DNA of 64,000 bases, taken from the NCBI GenBank assembly GCA_977017645.1, contig OZ360225.1:2108001-2172000 (forward strand), written 5' to 3'. A model generated the notes under the pieces. That model did no database searches. It had not been told where the DNA came from and worked only from the letters and a program-made list of their open reading frames with translations. Source of the DNA: Torpedo marmorata (lineage: Eukaryota). Below, in pieces: positions 12,625 to 26,730 of the stretch (position 1 is the first letter of the stretch; every line of letters begins with the position of its first letter). The translations under genes were made by a program, and so were the position numbers.

Positions 12625-15600
12625 CCGTATATGCCGTTGTCTAGGATGACTCGTGTATAGGACGACCCCGGAATTTCCACCTAAAATGTAGGTTTTGAGT
12701 GATCCCCTTTGAATAAGACAAACCCACCAAATCTGGCACTTACCGCTGACCAGTGGATGCTGTTAAAAGCAAATCACAATATTTTAATAACAAATTATCA
12801 TTTAAAGGTTTAAATTTTATTTGGATATTTTAAACACTGTCAGCTCCTGTAACAGGCTGTTTAAAGCCTGTACAGAGCCGACAGCAGTGGGACCGGGCGG
12901 ATGGACACCGTGGAGGAGCGCTGGGACTTTGCTGATAACTAATGGGGCGTGCGCGCAGGAAGATGGTGGCGGTGTTGCGACTTCGTCATCAAGGTAAATT
13001 TTAGAGCACATAAAGTGTTGGCGTGGCAATTAAAGAAAGATCAAACTTCTAGAGCAATAAATGCTATAAAAAAGAATTCTAAGAAAATAACGTATAAACC
13101 TCGAGAAATAAATGATTCTTTTAAAGATTATTACTTGAATTTATATAAATCTCAGATTGATCAAGATGATTTTTAAATTAATAGATTTTTATCTAAAATT
13201 AAGTTACCTAGATTAAATACTCAAAGTAAAGAATTTTTGGACTCGTCTTTTTCAATGAGGGAAGTTAATGAGGTTCTTACTTCTTTAGCGAGTGGTAAAT
13301 CTCCAGGGGAAGATGGATTTCCATCAGAATTTTATAAGGAGTTTAAAGATTTATTGATACCTCCATATATGGATGTGTTGAAACAAATAGCGGAAACTCA
13401 TTCGTTACCGGATACATTTTCAAATGCAATAATTACAGTTATACCTAAAAAAGATAGAGATGTGTTGAAAACAGAATCATATAGACCAATTTCATTGTTA
13501 AATGTGGATTATAAGATAATGGCAAAAATCTTAGCAAACAGAGTGGCTAATTATCTACCAGATTTAATCCATGTAGATCAAGCTGGTTTTATTAAAAATA
13601 GATATTCAAAGGATAATATAGCTAGATTAATTAGTTTAATTAATGTGCATAAAAAGAAGGATGATTTAGCATTAGTATTAACGTTAGCTGCTGAAAAGGC
13701 TTTTGATAGATTAGAGTGGAATTTTTTATTTAAGGTATTGGAGAAATTTGGTTTTGGAACTACATTTATTAACTGGATTAAAACTATATATAAAGAACCA
13801 TCTGCTAAAGTGGTTACAAATGGACAAATTTCTTCAAGATTCCCTTTGACTAGGTCAACTAGACAAGGATGTCCTTTGTCACCAGCATTGTTTACTTTAG
13901 CAATAGAACCTTTGACAGAATTAACTAGACAAGATGTTAAGATTGCAGGTATTAAAGTTGGAAGAGAAGAGCATAAAATTAGTTTATTTGCAGACGATGT
14001 ATTGATATGTATGACAAAACCTATTACTTCTTTAATACAATTGACTGCTTTATTGAGAGAATATGGGGAAATATCTGGTTATAAGATTAATTCTGATAAA
14101 AGTGAAATTATGGCATTAACACAAGGGGATTATAGTAAATGTAAAGCAATTACACAATTTAAATGGTCAAAAGAAGGAATTAAATATTTGGGAATAAAGA
14201 TTGATACAAAATTAGTTAATTTGTATAACTTAAATTATTTACCATTATTTATGAAAATTAAAAAAGATTTAGAGAGTTGGAAGGATTTACCTATAACTTT
14301 AATGGGAAGGGTAAATTGTATTAAAATGAATGTTTTTCCAAGAATTCAATATCTTTTTCAATCAATTCCTTATGAAATTCCTCAAATTTTTAAAAAGATT
14401 TAAACTTAATTATTAGGAAGTTTTTGTGGAAAGGAAAGTTGGCTAGAGTAGGTATAGAGAAATTAACTTGGAATTATGAAATGGGTGGCTTACAACTTCC
14501 TAATTTTCAAAATTATTATAAAGCAGCTCAACTAAAATTTGTTAATGAACTTTTTGATTTAACTAAGTCTTCTGCTTGGATTAGAATAGAATTAAATAAT
14601 ATAGGAGAAGCTTCTAAAGAAGAGGTTATTTATCAATGGAATTCTAAATTAATATCAACAAGAAGGAAGAATTCTCCTATCTTTAAACATTTGTTAGAAA
14701 TATGGAACAGAGTGGATAAGGAAATAGGAGGAAAAGGGTTGATTTCTCCAAAAATGCCTCTATATCAAAATGAACTTTTTCCATTTACTGTTAATAATCA
14801 ATTATTTAAAATTTGGTTTCAAAAAGGAATTAAGAAAATAAATGATTGTTTTGAAGCTGGTAAATTTATTACTTTCCAAAGAATGAAAGACAAATTTAAT
14901 ATATTGGATAATACACTTTTTGCTTATTATCAAATTAGAGCATTTTTAGTTGGGAAATTAGGCTATAGTTTGACTTTACCAAGACAGAGTGAATTAGAAT
15001 TATTAGTTACTAAAGGAGACGTAAATAAATTTATTTCTCAAATGTATAGACTGATTCAGAGGAAAATCCCTAAAGTAGGAATTCATAAATCAAGATTAAA
15101 ATGGGAATCAGATTTGAATGTAACAATAGATGAATATCATTGGAAATAATTATGTAAATTAAGCATGATGAATATTATTAATATTAGATATAGATTAGTT
15201 CAATATAACTTTTTTCATCAATTATATTTAACACCTAAAAAGTTAAAGAAATTTAACGCGACATTATCAGGCTTATGTTTTAGATGTAATAGAGAGGAAG
15301 GTTCTTTTGTACATTCTACATGGTTCTGTCCAAAAGTTTATGATTTTTGGTTAAAAGTTAAAAATGCTTTAGATAAAGTATTAAAAATTACATTTCCAAT
15401 GGACCCTATGATATTTTTGTTTGGAGATATTAAAAGAGTTAGTATTAAGATAAAATTAAATATGTATCAAATAGAATTTTTACGATTTGCTTTAGCTCTA
15501 TCTAAGAAATGTATTGCTATTACTTGGAAATCTGACGTAGATTTAGGGTTAGAAAGATGGCATGCAGAACTTCGTTCTTGTATACCACTTGAAAAAATTA

Positions 15601-16036
15601 CTTATAATCTACGTAATAAATATCATTTCTTTTTGAAAATATGGAGCCCATATATGGAGGTTGTTGGTTTAAGGATTTGAAGATCTCTGGACATCGGATC
15701 TGACTGGCGAACCTATCCTCCATAATAAAATTAGTTATAGATATATTTTTTAGATTGGCATTCTCCTTATTCTATCTTTTTCATTTTTTCTTTCTTTTTT
15801 ATTTTAGTAGATTAGAAGGGGTGGGAGGGTTAGGGAGGGGAGGGAGGGAGGGAGGGTGAAAACGTATCACATGTATTTTGATAATTTTATATTTTACCTT
15901 ATGTATTTTGTGATTTATAATTTTAAATAAAATATTTTTAAAAAGGTAAGTTTTTAGACCCGTTGTATAGGACGACCCAGATTTTAAGGTGAAAATTTTT
16001 AGTTTCGCGGATCGTCCTATACAGCGTCATATACGG
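12625..16036. mobile_element. Tc1/mariner-pogo-type MITE interrupted by L1
   Basis: TIR ccgtatatgccgttgtctagga ... tcctatacagcgtcatatacgg; TA TSD on both sides. Confidence 0.75.
13003..15942 (+). mobile_element. L1-clade LINE, 5'-truncated, disrupted ORF2
   Basis: GKSPGEDG, YRPISLLN, TRQGCPLSP, FADD and C-terminal CFRC...H...WFC in ORFs 13237-14403, 14424-15149 and 15165-15680; poly(A); TSD about aaggtaa.ttttaga. Confidence 0.92.
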
Positions 16037-16803
16037 TATTGCCGCGAGCCGCAAATTATGTGAAAGAGCCGCATGTGGCTCGTGAGCCGCGGTTTGGCCA
16101 CCCTTGGTTTAAGGGGATATGGGCCGACGTGGTCAGAATAGAGGAGATGGGACAAAGGGCAGGGTTCTGTGCTGTGTAATTCTATGATTCTTTAACTCTA
16201 TGACTCTTTAACGCTCTGACTTATGAATGATCACTTAAGGACATGATGAGGTACAAGAACGCAAACCTTCTCTGTCTGCACCTCATCTTTTTTCTTAGGT
16301 AGTGGAGTGCTCATCAGGCCTCTAAATAAGTTGGACCCAGCGTCTTGGCAGCCTGTTTTCTTGAGTTATTGAGGGATCAATACCTGAACAGACATCATTG
16401 TTCATAACTTGTGCTGCTGCTATGACTGATCACCGGGCACTGCTGAGAAATTTGTGAAAGGCCACAGTGGAGCATATCTTTGCATAATGGTGATTGATCT
16501 GCATGAGCAAATCTTACAGTGTACACAAAGTTCCAAGGTGGTTTTCAGTAATTGTTAATGCCTGGCAAAATTGTTTCAACACTGAAGTCTCAGAAGGCAC
16601 TTTGGCTATGACTATTAGAAGTGCCTTTGGCATGGTTATAATGTGGCTGTCAGTGCATGTGTGTCGTGTGTTTCCACACACTGGTTTTACCAGCAATGCA
16701 GTTGAGTCGTCCTCCAAATATCTCTCATGTATCAGTGCAGAGACACGTTTTGTTGGAGAGGAGTGCCCTTGGCTTAACATTTTCTGGCTCCACCTTGGAA
16801 TTA

Positions 16804-17019
16804 CAGTAAAGCCCCAGTATCCGGCACCTATAGGGGGATTGGTAGATGAGTGAATTTTCCAATTGCTTGAGATTGTGTGTTGGGTGGATTGGCAAACTAA
16901 CAGCGAGGCGCGCCAGTTTAAAACTTCCGTATTTTTATACCTGTTTATTTTTCGCAATTTTTTTGACAGTTGCTTGTGGCTGCTGGTTGCTTGAATTCCG
17001 GATAACAGGGGTTTTACTC
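16804..17019 (+). mobile_element. Short Tigger-type MITE (deletion derivative of the 8132 family)
   Basis: cagtaaagccccagtatccggcacc ... ccggataacaggggttttact, TA-flanked. Confidence 0.75.
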
Positions 17020-17117
17020 TACTTAAACTAATCCAGTTTCCTGAAATTCTCAACACATCAGGTCACAACTGTGGGAAGAGAAGCAAGTTCACATTTCAGG
17101 TCAAAGAGCCTTTGTCA

Positions 17118-17547
17118 AATTACTTATAATTTACGTAATAAATATCATTTCTTTTTGAAAATATGGAGCCCATATATAAAAACTGTCGGTTTAAGGATTT
17201 GAAGATCTCTGGATATCAGATCTGACTGGCGAACCTATGTTCCACAATAAAATTAGATTATAGTTGTTCTTTTTTAGATTGACATTCTCCTTACTTTATC
17301 TTTTTCTTTCTTTCTTTCTATTTTATTAGAATAGTAGGGGTGGGAGGGTTAGGGAGGGGAGGGAGGGAGGGGGGGTTGAAAATATATCACATGTTTTTTG
17401 ATTATTTTGCATTTTATAATATGTATTATTGAGTGATTTAAAATTTTAAATAAAATATTTAAAAAAAATAAATAAAATTTAAAAAGAATAAAATAAAAAA
17501 TAAAAAAAAATAAAAAATAAAAAAATAATAAAAAAGATTTTTTTTTT
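17118..17547 (+). mobile_element. L1 3' fragment with A-rich tail
   Basis: KITYNLRNKYHFFLKIW end plus 3' UTR; perfect 15-bp TSD aaagagcctttgtca (17103-17117, 17548-17562). Confidence 0.9.
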
Positions 17548-17849
17548 AAAGAGCCTTTGTCACTTTTGCTGAGTATTTTTGGAATTTTCTGTTTTTATTT
17601 TGGTTTTTGATATCTTTGTTTTTTTTTTAATTGTCTAATCCAGTTTCCTGTTGTGTTGTTCACTGTAATCAACTTTTTAAAATTATCCTAATACTTCCCA
17701 AAATGTGGACTGCTCAACTCCTCCAATCTAGGCAGGCCACCTTCTAATAAAGAATTGCTGGAAGAACTCAGCAGGTCAGACAACATCCATGGCTAGAAAT
17801 GGTCAGTCAATGTTTCATATCTGAACCCTTTTGTTAAGACCATCTTCAG

Positions 17850-19270
17850 CCTCTCCTTGTAAATCAAGCCTACCGGATAACATTCTTATGAATATTTTCT
17901 GCACCCTTTCCAGCTTCATGATATATTTTCTATAACTGGATGACCAGACTGCACACAATACTCCAAGTGTGGTCCCACCATCAACCTGTACAGTTGCAAC
18001 ATCACATCCCTGCTCTGTACTCAATGCTCTGAATGATGAAGGCAAGCATTTGAATGACTTCTTCACCACTCTGCTTACCTGCGTCACTGCTTTCATGGAT
18101 CAGCGTACCCCTACTCCCAAGATTCTTTGCTTTACAACACCCCCAGGACCCTACCATTCACGGTACAAGTCCTGCCCTTGTTTAACCGACCAATATGCAA
18201 CACCCCTCACTGGTTTGTGTTAAATTCCATTTGCCATTCCTTGGCCCACTTTCACAGTTCATATAGATCCTGTTGGAAGCTAACCTTCTTCACTATCCAC
18301 TATACCACTAATTTTGCTGTCAACTGAAAAATTACAAACCATGCCACTCATATTGTCTTCAAAGTCCTTAACCCTGATCCCTGCGGCGCTCCGCTGGTCA
18401 CAGACCTCCAATCGGAGCAACAACCCTTCACTATCACCCTTTGCTTCCTACCGTCAAGCTATTCTTAACCAATTGGTCAGCTCACCTTGGATCCCATATG
18501 ATCTGACTTTCCAGACCAACCTACCATGCATGTTGTCATGTCCATGTAGGCAACATCTACCACCCTGCCTTCAACATTCTTCTTGGTCACCTCTTCAAAA
18601 ATCTCAATCAAATTCGTGACATATGATTCCCCATGCACAAAGCCTTGCTAACTATCCCTAATCAGTACTTACCTTTCCAAATGAAGGTATATCTTGTATC
18701 TCAAAATCCCAACCAGTAACCACCCATGACTGATGTTGTCCTTACAGCCTTTGGTAAATAAAGGCACAACATTAGTCACCTTCCTGTCTTCCAGCTTATC
18801 ACCATGTTCAACAATGATGCAAATATCTCTGGCAGGTCTCCTATAATGTTCTAGGATACCTAACTAATGTTCTAGGATTCACTAGCTTCCCATAAAGTTC
18901 TTGGATACACTTGTCCATACCCTGGGGATTTATCTGCCATTATGCATTTTAAGATCTCCAGCACCTCCTCTTTTGTAATTTGGACTCCCTTCAAGATATC
19001 ACTATTTTACAGAGTCCCCTTACCTGTATGTCTTTCTCCATGACAAGTTCACGACCGTCTCCTGTGACTCCAAAGGGGACTTTTAAGGGGGCCTACTCCT
19101 TCTCTAGTTACTCTTGACTTTAGCATACTTGTAAAATTTCTTAGGATTCTCCTTAAAGTTGTCTGCCAGAGCCATCTCATACCCCTGCCTTACTCTCATT
19201 ATTTTCCTCTTAAGTTAACTCTTACATCTTTATATTGCTTGAGGGATTTGCTTGATTTCAGATCCATGAT
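17850..19270 (-). mobile_element. CR1 LINE ORF2, degraded
   Basis: Remnant YRKYIMKLERVQKIFIRMLSG and other RT-region CR1 motifs. Confidence 0.65.
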
Positions 19271-19705
19271 TCGTCCAAAGTTGCTAGATTTACAAATTGG
19301 TGAATGAAAATAAATTGAGCAATTGAAAGCGTAAGTCCATCTTTCAAGGTGATGGCAGTAAATGACTGCCATTCTCCTTCATCTGCACAGTGTGAGGACT
19401 CTCTCTTCCAGGTTCTGAATATTTTAAAAAGGTTTTCTTAAGGTCAAGGTTAAGTTTATAATCATCCCCCTTTCTGTCACCTTTCTCCATCTTTCTTAAT
19501 TCAAACTTTATTTTAGCTTCTGCACCTGCTACAACATTGAAATTGTCCTCTCCAATACACCCTCCTTCCCAATCCTACCTCAGTTTATTGCTCGGTTATA
19601 AATTTTACTGCTGAAATAGGTGCTCTGTTGGTTACAGTTTTCAACTGAATCCCAATGACCCTGAATCAGTTCAAACTTTGAGAAACATTTGAGGGTAGAA
19701 GTTTA

Positions 19706-20436
19706 CATAAGAACATAAGAAATAGGAGCATGAGTAGGCCATCCGGCCCATCGAGCCTGCTCCTCCATTCAATGAGATCATGGCTGATCTGATGATAGGT
19801 TCATCCCCACCTCCCTGCCTTTTCCCCATATCCCTTAATTCCCCTACTATGTAAAAATCTACCCCAACCTTGTCTTAAATATACTTACTGAGGTAGCCTC
19901 CTCTGCTTCAATGGGAAGAGAATTCCTTAGATTCACCACTCTCTGGGAAAAGCAGTTCCTCCTCATCTCTGTCCTAAATCTACAACCCTGAATCTTGACG
20001 CGATGTCCTCTAGTTCTAGTCTCACCTACCAGTGGAAACAACTTATCTAACTTTATCTTATCTGTGCCTTTCATAATTTTATACATTTCTATAAGATCCC
20101 CTCTCATTCTTCTGAATTCCAGCGAGTACAGTCCCAGATGACAATCTCTCCTCATAGACTAACCCCCTTATCTCTGGAATCATCCTGGTGAACCTCCTCT
20201 GCACTGCCTCCAAAGCCAGTATATCCTTCCTCAAGTAAGGAGACCAGAACTACATGTAGTACTCCAGATGCAGCCTCACCAGTACCCTGTACAGTTGCAG
20301 CATAACCTCCTTGCTCCTAAATTCAATTCCTCCAGCAAAGAAGGCCATCATTCCATTTGCCTTCTTTTTAGCCTGCTGCACCTGCAAACCAACGTTTTGT
20401 GATTCATGCACAACCACTCCTAAGTCCTTCTGCACA
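19706..20436 (-). mobile_element. CR1 LINE 3' fragment
   Basis: LGLYSLEFRRMRGDLIEMYKIMKG and QLYRVLVRLHLEY; (cataagaa)n tail at 19706. Confidence 0.85.
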
Positions 20437-21360
20437 ACTGTATCACCATATCCAGCTCCAACAGTGTCATCAATTTTGCAGATGACACAACAGTAATTGG
20501 CCTCATCAGCAACGATGATGAGTCGCACTACAGAGAAGGGATGGAAAATCTCATGAAATGGTGTGAGAGAAATATCCTGAGTCTCAACATGGACAAGATA
20601 AAGGAGATGATTGTGGACTTCAGGAGGACCAGGAGTGACCAACTTCCACTACACATCAATAACTCTGTAGTGGAGAGAGTGGAGAGCACCAGGTTCCTTG
20701 GAGTTCACTTAACTTCACTTATCGTAGACACATAACATCTCCTCACTTGTCAGGAAGGTGCAACAGCGACTGCACTTCCAGAGAAGACTGAAGTGGGCAA
20801 GGCTACAGGCTGCCATCATGTCAACCTTCTACAGGAGCTCTATGGATAGCGTCCTGGCTGGATGCATCACGGGTGCTGCAGAGAAATGGATCGGAGGTCA
20901 ATTCACAGGACCATAAGAGTGGCAAAGAGGATCACTGGAGTCTCCCTCCCCCCCATCAACGTGATCTACCGGGATCGTTGTCTGAAGAGGATGCACAAAA
21001 TCATTGAGGACCCCTTCCACTGAGGACACAGCATCTTTCAGCTGCTCCTGTCGGGAAAGAGATACAGGAGTATCAGGGCCAGTACCACCAGGCTGAGGAA
21101 CAGCTTCTTCCCACGGGCAGTGAGAATGCTGAACGATAAAAAGACCTGCTCACACTAACCATCCAAGACTCTCATATTTACGAAACAATATTTATTTATT
21201 TATTTGTATATATGAATACTTGTCCTGCATTTGTATTGTTTGTCTGTATGTGTGTTATGACTGGTTGTGTGTCTGCGTGATATGCACCGAGGACCAGTGA
21301 ACGCTGTTTCATCAGGTTGTACTTGTGCAATCAGATGATAATAAACTTGACTTGATTTGA
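20437..21360 (+). mobile_element. Rex1/Babar LINE 3' fragment (family A)
   Basis: FADDTTVIGLI, KEMIVDFRR, ERVESTRFLGV; tail aataaacttgacttga. Confidence 0.85.
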
Positions 21361-21459
21361 GTATGTTTTTAGTCACTGGGATTTAAGGGTTCAGCTGATT
21401 CAAGGATAAATAACTCATTAAATTTGATCCTAATGGTTGTTGTGATAAAAGGTCAGATA

Positions 21460-23655
21460 GAGCCTTCTGCCTTCATACAGACAGAGCCTAAAGAGGGAGA
21501 CTCCTGAGGTCAGGACAGCTGGGAAGTGGTCGCAGGAGGCTGAAGAACGGTTACAGGACTTCCTCGAGTCAACGGATTGGGTGGTGTTCAAGAACTCTGC
21601 TGAGAATCTGAACGAGTACACCGAGGCTGTCACACACTTTATCAAAACAGCTGTGGATGAGTGTGTCCCCACCAAATCATTTAGGGTATTCCCCAACCAG
21701 AAGCCCTGGATGAACAGTGAAATCTGGAACCTGCTGAGAGCCAGATCGCAGGCATTTAAGACCAGAGATCCAGATCAGTACAGCAGGAGCAGGTATGATC
21801 TCCGGAAGGATATCTCCCGGGCGAAGTGGAGATTCCGGATGAAAATGGAAACAATAAGGGACACCCGACAGCTGTGGCAGGGTCTGAATGCCATAACCTG
21901 TTACAAAACCAAATCCGGTAAAGTAGCTGACGGCAAAGCTTCTCTCCCAGAGGAACTCAACGCCTTCTATGCCCGATTTGACAACAGTAACAGCGAAGAA
22001 CCACCCCTCCGCACCCCCACGTCCCCTGACGATCCCATCCTGTCCGTATCGGAGGATGACGTGCGTGCTGCCTTCAGGAGAATGAATTCGAGGAAAGTAT
22101 CCAGACCGGATGGAGTACCTGGCCGAGTATTAAAGATCTTTGCTGATCAACTTACCAATGTATGCACGGATATCTTTAATATCTCACTCCAGCAGGGTGT
22201 GGTACCCACCTGTTTCAAACAGGCATCAATCATACCAGTGCCCAAGAAGAGTGCAGTAACCTGCCTTAACGACTATCGACCAGTAGCACTTACATCAACA
22301 GTGATGAAGTGTTCTGAAAGGCTGGTGATGAAGCATATCAGCTCCTGTCTGAGCGGTGACATGGATCCACTCCAGTTCGCCTATCGCGGCAACAGGTCTA
22401 TGGCGGATGCCATCTCACTAGCCCTACACAAAGCTTTGGAACACCTGGACAGCAAAGATGCATACATCAGTATGCTCTTTATCGACTACAGTTCGGCATT
22501 TAACACCATCATCCCCTCAAAACTGATCAGCAAACACCCCACTGTATAATTGTATCATGGATTTCCTCACCTCCAGACCACAATCAGTGAAGATTGGTAA
22601 GAACTTCTCCTCCACAATCTCCATCAGTACCGGAGCACCACATGGCTATGTTCTTAGCCCCCTGCTCTATTCACTTTACTGTGTAGCTCAGAATGACAAT
22701 AACACCATCTACAAATTTGCCGACGATACCACGGTAGTAAGTTGTATAAAGGAAGGGGATGAGTCAGCATACAAGATGGAGATTGAAAACTTGGCTGAAT
22801 GGTGCACCAACAACAACCTTGCACTCAATGTCACCAAAACTAAGGAGTTGATTGTTGACTTCAGGAAAGGAAAGCCAGAGGTATACAATCCAGTGATCAT
22901 TGGGGGATCAGGGGTGGAGAGGGTGAGCAAATTTAGGTTCTTGGGAGTCACTATCTCGGAGGATCTTTCCTGGACCCAACACACCAATGGCATCGTGAAG
23001 AAAGCACATCAGCGCCTCTACTTCCTCAGAAGTTTGCAGAGGTTTGGTATGACACCAGAAACCCTGGCAAATTTCTACAGATGTGTGGTGGAAAGTGTGC
23101 TGACCGGCTGCATCACGGTCTGGTATGGGAACACCAATACCCCTGAGCGTAAAGCCCTAAAAGGTAGTGGACACAGCCCAGGACATTACTGGCAAAACCC
23201 TCCCCACTATTGAGTACATCTACAGGGAACGCTGCCGTCGGAGGGCAGCAGCAATCATCAAAGACCCACACGACCCAGCACACGCTCTGTTCTCGCTGTT
23301 GCCATCAGGAGAGAGGTATAGGTGCCACAAGACTCCCACCACCAGTTTTAGGAACAGCTGCTACCCCTCTACCATCAGAATCCTCAACGACAAAGTCAAA
23401 TCAGAGACTCATTTAAGGACTCTTAATCGTGCACTTTATTGATTTTTCTTTGCTCTCTCTGCATTGCAGTCAGTTTCATTTTCAGTTTCATTCGTTACCT
23501 GTTAGTAATTCTTTTGATTGTTTACATGTTTACACTGTGTACAGTTTACTTTTGCACTACCAATAAGTGGTAATTCTGCCTCGCCCCTATGAAAAAGAAT
23601 CTTAGGGTTGTATGTGACGTCATGTATGTACTCTGACAATAAATCAGAAATCTGA
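21460..23655 (+). mobile_element. Rex1/Babar LINE, 5'-truncated (family B)
   Basis: ORFs 21581-22549 and 22557-23213: [42 protein letters not shown]; tail ctgacaataaatcagaaatctgaa. Confidence 0.92.
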
Positions 23656-24330
23656 AAATATATTAGGGTGCCAATGACAAGTATCAGATCCCATCTAGCT
23701 TTCTCTATTAAGGCTGGCCCAGTGTGTCCACCTCTGATGTGCTCGGCACAGACAGCTTGCATATCATGGAGGAAATCTGTGGACAAGTGCAGCGTGTCAA
23801 CCAATTGTTATTTTTTAATGTAAATTATAAATAGACGATCATTTTTAAATTATAAATAGATGATATTTTTTCCTAGCCAATCAGAACCTTGACTTGTGCA
23901 GCAGTCATCAGTGGAAGTGAATAACAATGTCCTAAATGATACAGAGGGCACCTCATCATGGATGCACTCAAAGCAGGCACCAGTTTGCCAAGACCAGAAG
24001 GAAGACAGGAACAGGTCATGGAGAGAGGATAGAGTCCTTACTGGTTGGCGCAACTCCCACCGAGCTCTGCTCAGCTGCTCACAAATGCTGCGCCATGGGC
24101 ACTACCAATGAAGAGGAGAATCAGTTAACCAGGACAGACAAAGTGCAATGCTCAGGCAGACCTTCAGTGGAACTCAGATTACAATCAGATCAACCATGAT
24201 TTTATTAAAAGACAGGGCATGCTTGAGGGGCAAGTTGTTGAGTTTATGGATGTTTGGAGGAACCACAGCTTCCTGTGGCAGGGCATATGTGGTAGCAAAG
24301 TACTCAGAGAAATGGTTTAGTAATGGTTTA

Positions 24331-24568
24331 GCGGCGGCACGGTTAGTGTAGCGGTTATCGCAACACTATTACAGCACCAGCGACCCAGGTTCAAATCCGG
24401 CGCTGTCTGTAAGGAGTTTGTATCTTCTCCCCGTATCTGCTCCGGTTTCCTCCCACCCTTCAAAACGTACGGGGGTTGTCGGTTAATTGGGATATTCGGG
24501 CGGCACAGGCTCGTGGATCAGAAGAGCCCGTTACTGTGCTGTATGTCTAAATTTAAAATTTAAGATTT
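24331..24568 (+). mobile_element. tRNA-derived V-SINE
   Basis: A/B boxes (tagtgtagcggtt, ggttcaaatcc) and shared tail ctgtgctgtatgtctaaatttaaa. Confidence 0.85.
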
Positions 24569-26004
24569 AGTAATCTGGCCCAGAAATATAGCCAAATTCC
24601 TTCAGGGCAGATGTGGAAATTAAAATCAAAGTAATTACTTCCAGTGGTGATTCGAAGGAACCTAATAGATTGTAGGTTCACTGGTATTCTATAAGAAAGG
24701 AAATTTATTGATCCTGCCCATTCTCCCTTACATTTGATTCCAGTCCCACGGCAATCTCACTCACTCGGAACTACCCTGTGAAAATGGCGTAATTCCCTCA
24801 CTATGGAGGCTTTTGGTGATGTGCAGCAGGTACTTGCCTCACCAGCAATATCGACATGCAGAGAATGAAAATAAAAGCTATTGAATGTTTCAAACAATTG
24901 ATTCTGAGAGAAGAGCAGCTTTTACTCTCTGATCTGCGACTTAGGTCATCAGTGAATTTGTATGATTTGCAGGGCACTGCGTCAGTCGAGTCGAACTATT
25001 TTGAGGATTCATACCCCTCTGATTCCTGATTCTGTTATACAATTTATTTGCTGCAATCGAAGTTTTAACATACAGTAATTGCAACCCTGAAATATTTATG
25101 TGGTGTGGATGAGGAGCCAATTGCACAATGAGTCATCTTTAAGAGATTTAATACATTCCACTTAAATCAGTTCTGGTTGGACTGGGCAATCAATTGAAAT
25201 AGACACAGCTAAATTCAATGCATTGAATAGGCAATCTAATGGGTTTGTTCAGACACACAACTGATTCCGATTCGGAGACTTCAGATTCAGACACTATTGT
25301 ATGGTAATAAAACAGAAATGTAATATTACACAAAATTGCTTTTAGTTTGCCATAAGGTAGACAGAGATTTGCCATTAGCATTAGCATTGCCCCTTACAGT
25401 CAGAGAAAGAGAAGCAAGTTATCGTGTGTCCGTGGATTCGCCTCCAGCACTCCCGCAGCCTCTGCAACCACACAAGCTCCAGTTTACTTCAAACCATCTT
25501 TCCTTCACAGCTAATTTTTCAATACATGACTGTACATTCCAGGCAGCAAAGTGAACAATGCTTTAATTCTTGCGTAGCGTAATCCTTTAAATATCCACAT
25601 GATTTTTAGATAGAATAAAATGGTTGGTATTACGGCTACAGCTACTTTGTAGGGAAACATGAACCTAACAGTCTAATAACTGAGGCTATTGATGTAACCT
25701 CAATCAGATTGTCACCCTTACCCTTCATATATCCTTTTTTAAGACGCAGTGGGCTCTTTTTAAAATTAATTCTCTGGCTTGGGAAGCTAGTTGGTCCAGT
25801 GCAACCAGCCAAACAAATATTCCAGAAAAAATACCAGGTTGTCCAAATGAAAAGGCAATATCCTTATAACATCACAGAGGGGAAAGTATTTCTATCCCTT
25901 CCCAGGAGTTTCTACTCAAACATATTGCAGAGATGGTCAGATATCTGCAACTAAAGCAATTATTTTTTCTCAATCAGGGAAGCGGTTGTATCAATACCAG
26001 GACG

Positions 26005-26730
26005 GTGTGGTAGAACAGAGGGATCTGGGAATACAGGTACATAATTCCTTGAAAGTGGCGTCACAGGTGGATAGGGTTGTAAAGAGAGCTTTTGGCATAT
26101 TGGCCTTCATAAATCAAAGTATTAAGTACAGAAGTTTGGATGTTATGGTAAAGTTGTATAAGACATTGGTGAGGCCAAACTTTGTGCAGTTTTGAGTATT
26201 GTGTTCAGTTTTGGTCACCTAACTACAGGAAAGATATCAATAAGTTGGAGAGAGTGCAGAGAAGATTTACTAGGATGTTGCCTGGACTTCAGGAACTGAG
26301 TTACAGGGTAAGTTTAAACAAGTTAGAACTTTATTCCCTGGAGTGTAGAAGAATGAGGGGAGATTTGCTTGAGATTTAAAATTATGAGGGGGATAGACAG
26401 AGTAAATGTAGGTAGGCTTTTTCCACTGACGTTAGGTGAGATACAAACCAGAGGTTAATGGTGAAAGGGGAATAGTTTAGGGGGAACATGACGGGGAACT
26501 TCTTCACACACAGAGTGGTGGGAGTGTGGAACGAGCTGCCAGCTGAAGTGGTGACTGCGCGTTCAATTTTAACATTTAAGAAGAATTTGGACAGGTACAT
26601 GGATGGAAGAGGTATGGAGGGCTATGGACTGGGTGCAGGTCAGTGGGACTAGGCAATTAAGATGGTTCAGCACAGACTAGAAGGGCCGAAGGGGCCTGTT
26701 TCTGTGCTGTAATGTTCTATGGTTCTATGG
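26005..26730 (+). mobile_element. CR1 LINE 3' fragment
   Basis: EQRDLGIQV, YCVQFWSP, LERVQRRFTRMLPGL; tail (ttctatgg)n. Confidence 0.9.

Larger units (their letters stand above)
12476..16106. mobile_element. hAT MITE hosting a nested pogo/mariner MITE and an L1
   Basis: TIR caggggtggccaaac ... gtttggccacccttg; degenerate 8-bp TSD gtctatgg/gtttaagg. Confidence 0.75.

Noticed and set aside
15828-15836. GGGTTAGGG as an interstitial telomere
   Set aside because: A single unit inside the conserved L1 3' UTR G tract.
16290-16800. Unique-looking stretch with ORFs 16494-16853 and 16514-17056
   Set aside because: Both ORFs run into a MITE; no recognisable protein or convincing splice sites.
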